Shown here: one piece after another, positions 1-11,398 of the stretch
How positions within the stretch are numbered: position 1 is the first letter of the stretch
Layout: each line of letters opens with the position of its first letter
Source: an uncultured Thermoleophilia bacterium
GTDB taxonomy: Bacteria; Actinomycetota; Thermoleophilia; Gaiellales; Gaiellaceae
Length of the DNA stretch: 64,000 bases
Direction of reading: 5' to 3'
Assembly: GCA_963699795.1 (NCBI GenBank)
Contig: CAVOVG010000016.1
Span: 86,925 to 150,924, forward strand
Program-made: the position numbers and the translations under genes
The notes under the pieces: model-generated
Told to the model about the DNA's origin: nothing
Databases searched by the model: none
What the model saw: only the letters and a program-made list of their open reading frames with translations

Positions 1-530
1 CGTCGGGTCAGATCACTGTTCTCGTCGGTGGCGACGCGGACGTGTTCGCCGCGCACCTTCCGGCGTTCGAGGCGATCGGCGGCAAGGTCTTCTACATCGG
101 CCCGCTCGGCAGCGCGTCCGTGATCAAGGTGATCACGAACATGCTCGCCTTCATCCACCTCGTTGCGGCAGGGGAGGCATTGATGCTCGCGAAACGTGGC
201 GGCCTCGACCTCGCGCAGTCATTCGAGGTGATCAAGGCCAGCTCCGGAACGAGCTTCGTCCACGAGACCGAGAGCCAGGTGATCCTGAACGGCAGCTACG
301 ACATCGGGTTCACGATCGACCTCGCCTGCAAGGACCTCGGCTTCGCGCAGGAGCTCGGAGGCGAATTCGGCGTGCCGCTCGAGCTTGCCTCCGTCGTGCA
401 GGAGGCCTTCATCCGTGCGCGTGAGGAGTACGGCGGCTCGGCCTGGTCGCCGATGGTGGTGAAGCTGCTCGAGGACGCGCTTGGCACAGAGCTCCGGGCG
501 GACGGGTTCCCGTCTCAGATCACGGCGTAG
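1..530 (+). CDS. NAD(P)-dependent oxidoreductase, 3-hydroxyisobutyrate dehydrogenase / 6PGD-like family (5' truncated by window edge)
   Basis: C-terminal domain motifs GPLGSASVIKVITNML and FTIDLACKDLG. Confidence 0.85.
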   Translation, partial: SGQITVLVGGDADVFAAHLPAFEAIGGKVFYIGPLGSASVIKVITNMLAFIHLVAAGEALMLAKRGGLDLAQSFEVIKASSGTSFVHETESQVILNGSYDIGFTIDLACKDLGFAQELGGEFGVPLELASVVQEAFIRAREEYGGSAWSPMVVKLLEDALGTELRADGFPSQITA

Positions 531-536
531 CGGCGG

Positions 537-1727
537 CTACGGCTGCGGCGGCCCGAACACGGGCGTGAGGTGGAGCTCGTCACCCGTGTAGGGATGACGC
601 GCCGCAACGGCCTCGTCGAGCTCGACCCCGAGCCCGGGTGCCCTCGGCGGGACGACGTAGCCGTCCTCCCACACGATCGGCGTCTTCAGGATCTCCGCGT
701 GGAAGTCGCCCCATTCTCGAATCCCCTCGAGCACGAGGAAGTTCGGGCTGCACGCGCTGATCTGGATATTCGCGGCGCCGACGACCGGGCCACAATAGAG
801 ATGCGGCGCGATCTGCGCATAGTGGGCTTCGGCCATACCCGCGATCTTCTTCGCCTCGAGCAGGCCACCGACGCGCCCCAGGTTCAGCTGCAGGATCGCC
901 GCGGCTCCCGTCTCGAGCACGCGTGAGAACTCGTACTTCGTCGTCAGGCGCTCGCCCGTCGCGATGGGGATGGAGGTTCCCCGCGCGACCTTCGCCATCT
1001 CCTCGGGCATCTCGGGCGGGGTGGGCTCCTCGAACCAGAGTGGGTCGAATCGCTCGAGACGCCGGGCGAGCCGAATCGCACCCGCCGGGGTGTACTGCCC
1101 GTGCGTACCGAAGAGCAGATCGCAGCGGTCGCCTACGGCCTCGCGCACCTTCCGCACGTAGCGCTCCGAGCGCTCCAGCTCCTCGAGGCTGGGCTGGCGG
1201 GGGTCGAAGGTCGAGTAGCCGCCGGCCGGGTCGAACTTCAGCGCGGTGTGACCGAGGGCCATGTACTCCGCCGCCCGCTCGGCAGCGAGATCGGCGTCGA
1301 AGTAGACGTTCGTCGTGTCTTCCGGCTCCGGATAGAGATACGTGTAGCCACGGAGACGCTCGTGGACGAGTCCGCCGAGCAGCTCGTAGACAGGCTTCTC
1401 GACGGCTTTGCCGATGATGTCCCAGCAGGCCATCTCGATGCCGCTCAGCACTCCGACGAGCGAGATGTCCGGTCGCGCAGAGTAGCCCTGCCCGTAGACG
1501 TCGCGCCAGAGTCGCTCGATCCGGAACGGGTCGGCGCCGATCACGTGGCGTGCACAGACGTCCTCGATCATCTGCGCGACGACGTGAGGTCCGAACGTCG
1601 CCGCGTACACCTCGCCGATGCCCTCGACGCCGTCGTCAGTAGTCAGCTTGAGGAAGATGAAGTACTTGCCACCGAGGCTGGGCGGCGGGTTGCCGACGAC
1701 GAACGTTTCGAACGCGGAAATCTTCAT
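537..1727 (-). CDS. Mandelate racemase/muconate-lactonizing (enolase superfamily) enzyme, galactonate-dehydratase-like
   Basis: Motifs KFDP, WFEEP, IATGERL, APHLYCGP, PGLGVELD; start set at ATG of MKISAF. Confidence 0.9.
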   Translation of the reverse strand: MKISAFETFVVGNPPPSLGGKYFIFLKLTTDDGVEGIGEVYAATFGPHVVAQMIEDVCARHVIGADPFRIERLWRDVYGQGYSARPDISLVGVLSGIEMACWDIIGKAVEKPVYELLGGLVHERLRGYTYLYPEPEDTTNVYFDADLAAERAAEYMALGHTALKFDPAGGYSTFDPRQPSLEELERSERYVRKVREAVGDRCDLLFGTHGQYTPAGAIRLARRLERFDPLWFEEPTPPEMPEEMAKVARGTSIPIATGERLTTKYEFSRVLETGAAAILQLNLGRVGGLLEAKKIAGMAEAHYAQIAPHLYCGPVVGAANIQISACSPNFLVLEGIREWGDFHAEILKTPIVWEDGYVVPPRAPGLGVELDEAVAARHPYTGDELHLTPVFGPPQP

Positions 1728-1784
1728 CGTGGTGGGATGTTGTACCAAGTACGGGACGCGAGCGTGACGCGGAGTCGCACGCTC

Positions 1785-2630
1785 TCAGTCCGGGGTCGAG
1801 GCGCGCGAGGCGTACGTAGGAAGCCAGCCGACGAGCTCCGAGAGGAGGCTGCCGTGCTTGCGGAGACAAGCGACCACGGTCTCGTGACGCTCGGGCGTGA
1901 CGCGCGAGCGCGGGATCAGGGCCGTCAGGCCCGCCAGGGTGGTGCCGGCGTCGTTCGTCACCGGGACCGACCCGGCATAGAGCCCTCGCGCTGTCTCGTC
2001 CCAGTTCTCGGCCACGCCGTTGTGGCGCACCTCATCGAGGATCGTTCGCAGCTCTGGCATCCCGCCGAGGCGCCGCCCGGTCGGTGTGATCATGGTCCGT
2101 CCGGCGAAGAGTGCAGTCACAACCTCCTCCGGCTGGCTCGCAAGGACGACACGACCGCTCGCCGATGCGAACGCGGGTGATTTCGACCCGACGTGGGTGA
2201 CGTATCGCACGGGCTGCGACGTCTCCTCCATCGCGATGTAGAGCGACTCGTCGCCGTCTACGACGGCGAGCGCGATCGTCTCGTCGAGCTCACCGAGAAA
2301 CGACGCCGCGACCGTCCGGAACGCCGTCACGATGGGGAGCTCGGTCGCGTTCGAGCCGAGTCTCAGCGCGCGAATGCCGAGGCCGAAGCGGCCGTCCGGC
2401 TCGCGCACCGCCCAGGCGCGATCGACGAGCACGCCGCAGATCCGGTGCACGGTGCTCTTCGGGAGGCCGAGCTCACGGGTCAGGTCGGCAAGGCCCAAAG
2501 GGCCACGGGCAGCGATCAGGTCGAGGATACGGAGCGTGGCGTTGACGCCCGACGAGGGCGAACGGGTGTCAGACGCCTCGGCGACCGACCGTCCGGGCTG
2601 CGTCTCGATCGCCGGCTCCACGGTCGTCAC
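1785..2630 (-). CDS. IclR family transcriptional regulator
   Basis: N-terminal HTH (LGLPKSTVHRI) and C-terminal IclR effector domain (PAFASASGRVVLA). Confidence 0.92.
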   Translation of the reverse strand: MTTVEPAIETQPGRSVAEASDTRSPSSGVNATLRILDLIAARGPLGLADLTRELGLPKSTVHRICGVLVDRAWAVREPDGRFGLGIRALRLGSNATELPIVTAFRTVAASFLGELDETIALAVVDGDESLYIAMEETSQPVRYVTHVGSKSPAFASASGRVVLASQPEEVVTALFAGRTMITPTGRRLGGMPELRTILDEVRHNGVAENWDETARGLYAGSVPVTNDAGTTLAGLTALIPRSRVTPERHETVVACLRKHGSLLSELVGWLPTYASRASTPD

Positions 2631-2888
2631 GATACTCGGGCGAGTGCCAGATGTCGAACGGTGTTCCAGAGGGAAGGCGCGCTTGACAGGCGGTGGGCAG
2701 ATCTGTCATAAGAACAGCTTCAGGTTGGGACGGTAGTCCATCCGTAGAACGCATTGTCCATTTCGGGGTCACACGCCGGTAGATGGGGTCACGACAAACG
2801 AGTCCAACTTTGATCGCGATGGCACGTCCACACCTATGTCCAGATCGTCCAGATCGATGTCGACAGTAGAAGGCGAGGGATAGGGCTT

Positions 2889-4600
2889 ATGGAACGGGAT
2901 TCACTGAAGAGGCTCGACGAGTACCGCAACACACAGGCGAGTGAGCTCGACAACACGCTGATCGACGAGTTCCTGACGGGTCAGGCGAGTCGCGCCGACT
3001 TCCTTCGGCACGCGAGCGTCATCGGCCTCTCTGCAACGGCCATCGGAGCCGCTCTCGGAACCGCGGGCTACGCAGCACCTGCTCGTGCGGCCACGCGGGC
3101 CGTCAAGGCCGGCGGCCGGCTCCGGCTCGGCATCATCCCGGCCCCGGCAAGGCCCATGGAGCCGCACCTGTTCGCCGACCACGGGACGCTCGGCGACGGG
3201 CACGATCTGCGGCGAGTTCCTCACGGCGACGAACCAGGACAACACCCTTTCGCCGCGGCTCGCGCTCAACTGGAAGCCCAACAAGGACGGCACCCAGTGG
3301 GCGTTCAACCTGCGCCAGGGCGTCAAGTTCCAGGACGGCTCACCATTCTCGGCGGCTGACGTCGTTGCCACATTCAACCGCAATACGGATCCGAACGGCG
3401 GCGGCGGTGCCCTCTCGGCGTTCAAGGGTGTGCTCAAGGCGGGCAACATCCAGCCGGCGAATGGTGGCAAGACGGTCGTCTTCTACCTCGATGCCCCGAC
3501 TGCCGCGTTTCCGTACCTGACGAGCAACACGACGTACAACACGATCATCATGCCGTCGACCTACAAGCTCGGCCAGTTCGCGAAGGGCGGAACGACGACG
3601 GGTGGCTTCCGGCTGACGTCCTACACGCCGGGAGTCGGTGCGAAGTTCGACCGCTATCCGGGTTGGTGGGGTGGCAAGACACCGCTCGACGGCGTCGACG
3701 CGACGTACTACTCCGACGCCGCCGCGGTGACCGCGGCGCTCCTCGGCGGCCAGATCGACATGATCAGCCAGGCCTCATTCGCGAATAGCCGGGCCCTGTT
3801 CAACAATCCGAACGTCCAGATCATCAGCGCCAAGGGCACGCCGCACCGCGAGATCTCGATGCTCGTCTCGACCGCCGCGGCGATCAAGCCGTTCAAGGAT
3901 CGGCGCGTCCGCCAGGCGCTCGCGCTCACTCTCGACCGGCCGAAGATCATCAAGCAGCTGTTCAACGGCTTCGGCGTCCCCGGAAACGACGGCCCGTTCG
4001 CGTCGGTCTACCCGTCATCGGATCCGACTGTCCCGCAGCGGAAGCAGGATCTCGTGCAGGCCAAGAAGCTGCTCACGCAGGCCGGCTATCCCAAGGGCTT
4101 CCAGGTGACGCTGACGACCGAGATGTACGAGGAGATCCCGGCAACTGGCCCAGATCCTCGCGGCCTCGGCGAAGAAGGTCGGCATCGACATCAAGCTCAA
4201 CATCATCACGTCCAGCGGCCTATTACGGCGGCACGTACTCGGGTGGCGCAACGGGCCGGGGCACGACGCCGTGGCTGAACACGCCTCTCAACATCACGGA
4301 CTACGGCCACCGAGCGGTGCCGAACGTCGTGGCGAGTTCGGCCTTCAAGTCGGGTGGCGTCTGGAGCTCGTCGAACTACGCGAACAAGGCGTTCGACAAG
4401 GCATTCGACAACTACTCCGCGGCGCTGACCCTGAAGGAACAGCGAAAGTACACCGGCATCGCGCGCGGCTCCTGCTCAGGGATACTCCGGTCATCATCCC
4501 GTACTTCTACAACTGGACGATGGCTGCTTCGAAGAAGGTCAAGGGGTTCCAGGCTTCGGCGATCGGCACGATCGATCTTTCGAAGACCTCGCTCGGGTAG
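2889..4600 (+). CDS. Peptide/opine ABC transporter substrate-binding protein (SBP family 5), split by apparent frameshifts
   Basis: FNLRQGVKFQDGSPFSAADVVATF and FKDRRVRQALAL; segments in ORFs 2889-3359, 3085-4278, 4317-5003 and 4271-4600; Tat-like leader SRADFL. Confidence 0.85.
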
Positions 4601-4668
4601 CACGGAAGCACCGTTTCCATCGGCCGGGTCGTCGCCTCGCGCGGCGGCCCGGCCCACAGGTCAGGCGC

Positions 4669-5636
4669 GTGGAGGCTCGGATCAAACGGTTTCTGCTGAA
4701 GAGGTTCGGCTATGCCCTGATCACGCTGTTCATTCTCAGCGTGCTCGTGTTCAGCGCTTCCTCGCTCCTGCCCGGCGACGTCGGCCGGAACGTCCTTGGC
4801 GGCTTCGCGAGTCAGAGCGACGTCGATATCTTCAACAAGGCTGCCGGAACCGACCGCCCCCTCGTGACGCAGTACTGGGACTGGGTCAGCCGACTTCGTC
4901 CAGGGTGACCTCGGCACTTCGTTGCAGTACCAGGTCTCCGTCTCGAGTCTCCTCGGGCCAGCCTTCACCAACTCGCTCAAGCTGGCGGCGGTGGCGTTCG
5001 TGATCCTCGTTCCGCTCAGCATCATCGGTGGCGCGATCGCCGGCCTGCGGCGCAACAGCCTCACCGATCGCGTGATCACGATCACCGGCGTGTCGTTCAC
5101 CGCGATCCCCGAGTTCGTCACCGCGATCGCCTTCATCCTTCTGTTCGGGCTCTGGCTCGACTGGCTGCCCGTCTCCGCGACCGCTCCCGACGGCGCCAGC
5201 GTCGCGACGCAGATTCAGTACCTTCTGCTGCCGAGCTTTGCCCTCGTCGCTGTCGAGTTCGGCTATATCGCGCGCATCACGAGATCGAGCATCGTCGAGA
5301 ACGTGGATGCCGACTACACGCGCACCGCCTATCTCAAGGGGCTCACGAAGAGAGACGTCGTCGGCCAGCCACGTGCTTCGAAACTCTCTGCTGCCGACGA
5401 TCGCGGTCGTCGCCACGCAGATCGGCTACCTGATCGGCGGCCTGCTCGTGATCGAGAAGATCTTCAACTACAACGGCATCGGCCTGCGGATCTACACCGC
5501 CGCGCAGAACAAGGACTATCCGGTGCTCCAGAGCGGCGTCATGCTCGTGGGTATCGTCTATCTGCTCGCGACCCTGTTCGCCGACATTCTCTACTCGGTC
5601 TTCAACCCTCGGATCCGATTCGGGGGTGACGAATGA
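4669..5636 (+). CDS. ABC transporter permease (DppB-like), frameshifted
   Basis: Segments QYWDW, DYTRTAYLKGL, HVLRNSLLPTIAV and KDYPVLQ across three frames. Confidence 0.85.
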
Positions 5637-6533
5637 GCGCGATGACCGACGATGCGGCCGGCTTCGAACCCGACGCCGGATCTGGTGCCGACCGAGGCGA
5701 AGATCGCACGCCGGGAGATGTTGCGCCAGATCCTACGCTCGAAGACGTTCATCGTCGGCATGGTCGTCGTTCTCTTCTGGGTGTTCTGGGCGATCACCGG
5801 CTCGGCTTTCACACCCTACGATCCGCTGGAGCAGACGGACGCGATCCTGCAAGGCGCCCGACTCGACCCACTGGTTCGGCACCGACCAGTTCGGGCGCGA
5901 CATCTTCTCGCGGGTTCTCGCGGGGGCGCAGTCGACGCTGAGAGTCGCGCCTGCCGCAACGGTGATCGCGATCACGTTCGGCACGATCCTGGGCCTCATA
6001 ATGGGCTTCGTCGGGGGTTTCACCGACGACGCGATCAGCCGTCTCGTCGACGCGATCCTCGCCCTACCCCTCATCGTCATCGCGGTCGTGGTGCTCACCG
6101 CGCTCGGTTCCTCGAACCTCACTCTGATTCTCGTCATCGGGCTCATCTTCACCTCGCCGATAGCGCGGACCGTTCGCGCCACCGTCCTCGGCGAAAGGCA
6201 ACTCGACTACGTGCCAGGCGGCCCAGCTCCGCGGTGAGCGGGCCCCGTACATCATGTTCGTCGAGATCCTGCCCAACATCATGGGCCCCATCATCGTCGA
6301 GGCGACCGTACGGCTCGGCTACGCGATCTTCGCCGATCGCCGGACTCACGTTCCTCGGTTTCGGCGTCCAGCCGCCATCGCCCGACTGGTCGCTCCAGAT
6401 CTCCGAGAACTACACGCTCCTCAGCACCGGTACCTACTGGTGGACCGTGCTCTTCGCGTGCCTTGCGATCACGACGCTCGTGATCGCCGTCAACCTCGTC
6501 GCTGACGGGCTGCAGCAGGTGGTGGACGAATGA
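5633..6533 (+). CDS. ABC transporter permease (DppC-like), frameshifted
   Basis: HWFGTDQFGRDIFSRVL, EILPNIMGPIIV and LTFLGFGVQPPSPDW. Confidence 0.85.
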
Positions 6534-8611
6534 GTGCAGTCAGTCGGGAGAAGACCGTCGCGACGATGACCGGGCGCCGCACGCGCTCGAACTCGACAAT
6601 CTCGATGTCGTCTACCGCGTCCGCAGCACCGATCGGCAGGTCCTGCGGGGAGTGACGCTGAACGTGAACCGCGGAGAGGCCTACGGGCTCGTCGGCGAAT
6701 CCGGTTGCGGGAAGTCGACCGCCGCCCTCGCGATCGTCAACTACCTTCCGCGCAACGGACGCGTCCGTTCGGGAGGGATCAGGATCGACGGCCGCGACGC
6801 GCTGGCGCTGTCGACGAGCGAGCTCAGAAAGCTGCGCTCGAGCGCGGTGTCGATGGTCTATCAGAACCCGGGCGCGGCGCTCAACCCGTCGATCAGGGTC
6901 GGCAAGCAGGTCGCCGAGGTGTTTCGCGTCCAGGGCGCGAACGCGTCTGATGCGAGCGCAGCAGGCGCAGGAGGCACTCAAGCGTGTCCAGATAGCCGAC
7001 CCGGGCTCGGTGATGGGCCGTTACGCCCATCAGCTCTCGGGCGGCATGCAGCAGCGCGTGATCATCGCGATGGCGCTTGCGACAAACCCTGCCCTGCTCA
7101 TCCTCGACGAGCCAACGACCGGTCTCGACGCCACGGTGGAGGCGGAGGTGCTCGACCTCGTCGCCGGCCTCGCAGGCGGAGCTGCACACGTCCGTCCTCT
7201 TCATCAGCCACAACCTCGGGATCATCAGGAAGATGTGCGACCGCGTCGGCGTGCTCTACGCCGGCTGCCTCGTCGAGGAGGGCGATACCGAGACGATCCT
7301 CGCCGATCCGCGGCATCCGTACACCGTCGGGCTGCTGCGCTGCGTGCCCCGGGGTGGCGTGCGCAAGGATCACGGACGACTCGACACGATCCCGGGCTTC
7401 ATGCCGAACGTCGGCGAGGAATTGCCGGGCTGCGTCTTCGCCGGGCGCTGCACGCTCGCGGTCGACCGATGTCGCACAGAGGCGCCGGAGGCCCACTCGA
7501 TCGGCGGCTCGCACATGAGCCGCTGTCACTTCCACGAGCAGGCACAGACCCTGCCGCGGGAGGTGGTCGCCGATCTCGAGTTGCCCGCGGTCGATCGGGC
7601 CAAGGACGCCGCTCCTCAGCTTCGACGATCTCGGCAAGGTGTTCAAGCAGCAGGGCCATGAGGTTCACGCCCTCGTCGGCGTGACCGCCGCGATCTGGCC
7701 GGGCGAGACGCTCGGGCTCGTGGGCGAGTCGGGTAGCGGGAAGACGACGCTGGCACGCACGCTCCTCGGGCTCGTCGATCCGACCTCCGGCGCGCGTCCG
7801 ATTCGACGGGCGGAAGCTTTCCGGGACTCTGAAGGGCCGCTCGACGGAGGACATGCGAGCGCTGCAGATCGTCTTCCAGAACCCGGATTCCGCACTCAAT
7901 CGCCGCGCACTCCGTGCGCAAGATCATGCGGCGCTCGCTGAAGAAGCTCGACGGGGATCACCGGGGCGGCTGCCGAGGCCCGAACGCTCGAGCTGATGGA
8001 CTCCGTACGTCTTGCCGAGCGCTACGTGAGCTCCTCGCCGGGACAGCTCTCGGGAGGACTCAAGCAGCGCCTCGCAATCGCCCGGTCGTTCGCCGGCAAC
8101 CCGAAGCTCGTCGTCTGTGACGAGCCGACGTCGGCGCTCGACGTCTCCGTTCAGGCAGCGATCCTGAACCTGCTGGTCGAGCTCCAGGCGCAGCAGCAGG
8201 TCTCCTACCTCTTCATCTCGCACGACCTCGGCGTCGTGCGGTACGTCTCCGACCGGATCGCCGTGCTGTACCTCGGCCGGCTGATGGAGCTCGGCCTCTC
8301 CGAGACCGTCTACGACGGCCCACACCATCCGTACACCGAGGCGTTGCTCTCGGCGGTGCCGAACGTCGACGGTGGCGAGCGCACCGCGGATCAGGCTCGA
8401 CGGGGACATTCCGAGTGCGGCGAACCCGCCGACCGGTTGCGTCTTCCATACGCGTTGCCCGCGCAGGATCGGGACGATCTGCGACGAGACCGAGCCGCCA
8501 CTCGTCGAGGTAGAGGAGAACCACCTGATGCGGTGCCACATCCCGCTCGACGAGTTGCGCACGCTGCAGGCAGCCGGGCCACCGGAGGCGTCGGCCGCCG
8601 TCACTCCGTGA
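6530..8611 (+). CDS. Fused double ABC ATPase (DppD-DppF-like), frameshifted
   Basis: Two Walker A motifs ([16 protein letters not shown]), two LSGG signatures, two HPYT/oligo_HPY C-terminal domains. Confidence 0.85.
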
Positions 8612-9738
8612 AGATTCGCGCCGCCGTTCTCGAGGCGACGGGTGGGCCGTTCGGACTCCAGGATCTCGACCTCGCACCGCCCGGTCCCGGCGAGGCACTC
8701 GTGCGGCTCGGTGCCTCGGGCGTCTGCCACTCCGACTTCAATGCGATCGATGGCACATCGGAGACCCGCTGCCCGGCGGTGCTCGGCCACGAGGGCGCCG
8801 GTGTCGTCGAGGCGGTCGGCCCGGACACGACGCGCGTCGCGGGTCGGCGATCATGTCGCGCTCTCGTGGTCGCCGTCGTGCGGTGCGTGTGCGGAATGCG
8901 CTGCGCAACCTCCCCATCTCTGCTCGACGGCATGGCCGCACGATGGGGACGGGCGGTCTGATGGACGGCACGACCCGTCTCTCGCGGGACGGCGAGCCTG
9001 TCTACCACTACTCGTTCCTCTCGACGTTCGCCGAGGCCTGCGTCGTGCCCGAGAAATCGTGTGTCGTCATTCCGAAGGACATTCCGTTCGACATCGCCGG
9101 GCTCGTCGGCTGTGCCGTGACGACTGGTGTCGGTGCCGTCTGGCACACGGCCGGCGTTCGGCCAGGCGACCGGGTCGCCGTCATCGGCTGTGGTGGAGTG
9201 GGGCTCTCGGCGCTGATGGCAGCCGTTTCCGTTGGCGCGGAGCCGGTGATCGCAGTCGACGCGGCGCCGGGGAAGCTCGATGTCGCGCTGAGCTTCGGGG
9301 CCACGAGCGCCGTCCTCTGGGCCGGCTCGGCCGAAGCAACGGCCGAGGCGATTCGCGAGGTTTCGGGCGGGGGCGTCGATTATGCGATCGAGGCGACGGG
9401 TCGGCCGGAGGCGATGATCGCCGCGTTTCTGTCGACCCGGGCACGGGGCGCGGCTGTGCTGATCGGGATCCCGCGCGCAGATGCCGTGTTGACGTTGCCG
9501 GCGCTCTCTATCCCGCGGATGGAGCGACGGATTCTCGGCTCGATCTACGGCTCTTCCCGTCCGGACCGCGACTTTGCGACGATCCTCGATCAGTACCGCT
9601 CGGGCCGCCTGCCGCTCGACAGGCTCGTCTCTCACCGCCTCCCGCTCGACGAGGTCGCGCGGGGGTTCGAGTTGATGCAAGGCGGGGAAGCCCTCCGTGT
9701 CGTGCTCGACCTGACCCCTGAAGGAGCTCGCTGCGTGA
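8608..9738 (+). CDS. Zn-dependent alcohol/formaldehyde dehydrogenase (MDR, class III-like), frameshifted
   Basis: GVCHSD, LGHEGAG, structural Zn cysteines CGACAEC, IGCGGVG; 3' end inferred from GTGA overlap with the next gene (runs on in frame as sequenced). Confidence 0.8.
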
Positions 9739-10262
9739 ACCTCGATGACCTTGACGGCCGCATCGGCGAAGGCTGGGGCGGGCTGTCGCCAAACGGCACC
9801 CACGTGAACGTCGTCCTCGCGCGACGAGGCAGCGCGACCGCGGCAGCGGCACTCTCGATGTTCGCCCATCCCTCGCCCGGGCACACGCCGGTGCTCTGCT
9901 GCGTCGGCCCCACCCAGCAGGAGTACGAGCCGATCTGGCCTCCGACGCTGATGATGAACAAGGCGACCGCGACGGACGCGCACCACGAGACGATGACCTG
10001 GGGTGCCGCTCAGCTCGGCATCGGGCAGGGCGTCCTCGATGCCGTGGCGGACGGTCTCGTCGAGGCGACAGGCGATCTGCTCGTTCTCGTGGCCATCTGG
10101 GTCGCCGCGAACGCCGAGGACGAGACGGCCGTACGTGACGCTGCTCGCACGGCCGTGCGCAAAGCCGTCGGGATGTGTGTTCAGGGCCGCGACTCCGATG
10201 CTGCCTCGCGGCTCGTGGACAAGAGGGACGCGCTCACCAACCCGTTCTACAGCGGCGCCTGA
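9735..10262 (+). CDS. Formaldehyde-activating enzyme (Fae) family homolog
   Basis: IGEGWGG..HVNVVL, PGHTPVL, PPTLMMNKA and TWGAAQLGIGQGVLDAV match the Fae pattern; SD GAAGGAG before GTG 9735. Confidence 0.75.
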   Translation: MNLDDLDGRIGEGWGGLSPNGTHVNVVLARRGSATAAAALSMFAHPSPGHTPVLCCVGPTQQEYEPIWPPTLMMNKATATDAHHETMTWGAAQLGIGQGVLDAVADGLVEATGDLLVLVAIWVAANAEDETAVRDAARTAVRKAVGMCVQGRDSDAASRLVDKRDALTNPFYSGA

Positions 10263-10293
10263 TGCGTCAGGGTGCCGCGATGCCGGGCAGGTC

Positions 10294-11385
10294 GTGAGCG
10301 TCGGGGCGAGGCCGGGCCGTCCCGAGCGCATGCGGGGCGTCCTGCTGACGGGGCACGGTGGCCTCGACAGGCTCAGCTATCGCGAGGACATCCTTCGACC
10401 TCAGCCGGCCGACGGCGAGGTGCTGATCCACGTCGCCGCCGCCGGCGTCAACAACACGGACATCAACACCCGGATCGGCTGGTACTCGAAGGACATCGCG
10501 GCGCGGGACGGGGAGTTGCTCGAGCGAGGAGCGCTGGATGACGGCAGCTGGTCCGGTTCGCCGCTCGACTTCCCGCGCATTCAGGGCGCGGACTGCTGTG
10601 GTCGAATCGTCTCGGTCGGCGATGGCGTCGCGGCACGAAGGATCGGCGAGCGCGTGATCGTGCGCCCGATGATGCGTCCGCCGGCTTCGTCGGAGCTCCC
10701 GTACTGGACGCTCGGTTCGGAGTGCGACGGTGCGTTTGCGGAGTACGTCGCCGTACCCGGGATCGAGGCGTATCCCGTCCAGTGCGACTGGTCGGATGTC
10801 GAGCTCGCCTCACTCCCGTGTGCGTACTCGACGGCCGAGAATCTCCTCCACCGGGCGGGCGTCTCTCCGGGCGAGCGGGTTCTCGTCACCGGTGCGTCCG
10901 GGGGCGTCGGCTCGGCGGCCGTCCAGCTCGCGGGGCGACGCGGCGCGGAGGTTCTCGGTGTCGCGTCGAGCGGGAAAGCCGGCGCCGTGCGCGCCGTCGG
11001 CGCCGACGCCGTCCTCGGCCGCGACGACGACCTCGTCGAGGTGCTCGGCCCGGAGAGCATCGACGCCGTCGTGGATGTCGTCGGCGGGCCGAGGTGGCCG
11101 GCGCTGCTCGAGGTGCTCCGTCACGGCGGGCGTCTTGCGACGGCCGGGGCGATCGCCGGGCCTGTCGTCGAGCTCGACCTGCGAACGCTCTATCTGAAGG
11201 ATCTGAGGCTCCTCGGCTGCACCATCCAGGAGCCGGTCGTCTTCGAGAACCTCGTCGGCTACGTCGAGCGCGGCGAGATCGAGCCCGTCGTTGCAGGCAC
11301 CTACCCGCTAGCGGAGATCGTCCAGGCTCAGGAAGCTTTCATGACGAAGTCGTTCACCGGCAAGCTCGTGCTCGTCGTCTCGTAA
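10294..11385 (+). CDS. MDR-family alcohol dehydrogenase / quinone oxidoreductase-like
   Basis: AAGVNNTDINTRIGWYSK, FPRIQGAD, VLVTGASGGVG; start 10294 or 10330. Confidence 0.85.
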   Translation: MSVGARPGRPERMRGVLLTGHGGLDRLSYREDILRPQPADGEVLIHVAAAGVNNTDINTRIGWYSKDIAARDGELLERGALDDGSWSGSPLDFPRIQGADCCGRIVSVGDGVAARRIGERVIVRPMMRPPASSELPYWTLGSECDGAFAEYVAVPGIEAYPVQCDWSDVELASLPCAYSTAENLLHRAGVSPGERVLVTGASGGVGSAAVQLAGRRGAEVLGVASSGKAGAVRAVGADAVLGRDDDLVEVLGPESIDAVVDVVGGPRWPALLEVLRHGGRLATAGAIAGPVVELDLRTLYLKDLRLLGCTIQEPVVFENLVGYVERGEIEPVVAGTYPLAEIVQAQEAFMTKSFTGKLVLVVS

Positions 11386-11398
11386 TGCTCGGGCGCGG

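Noticed and set aside
2889-8960. Dense frameshifts suggesting pseudogenisation or programmed frameshifting of the ABC cluster (also truA, one GGDEF gene, acyl-CoA synthetase, GntR)
   Set aside because: Single-base indels with otherwise intact motifs, also hitting housekeeping truA; best explained by long-read consensus errors
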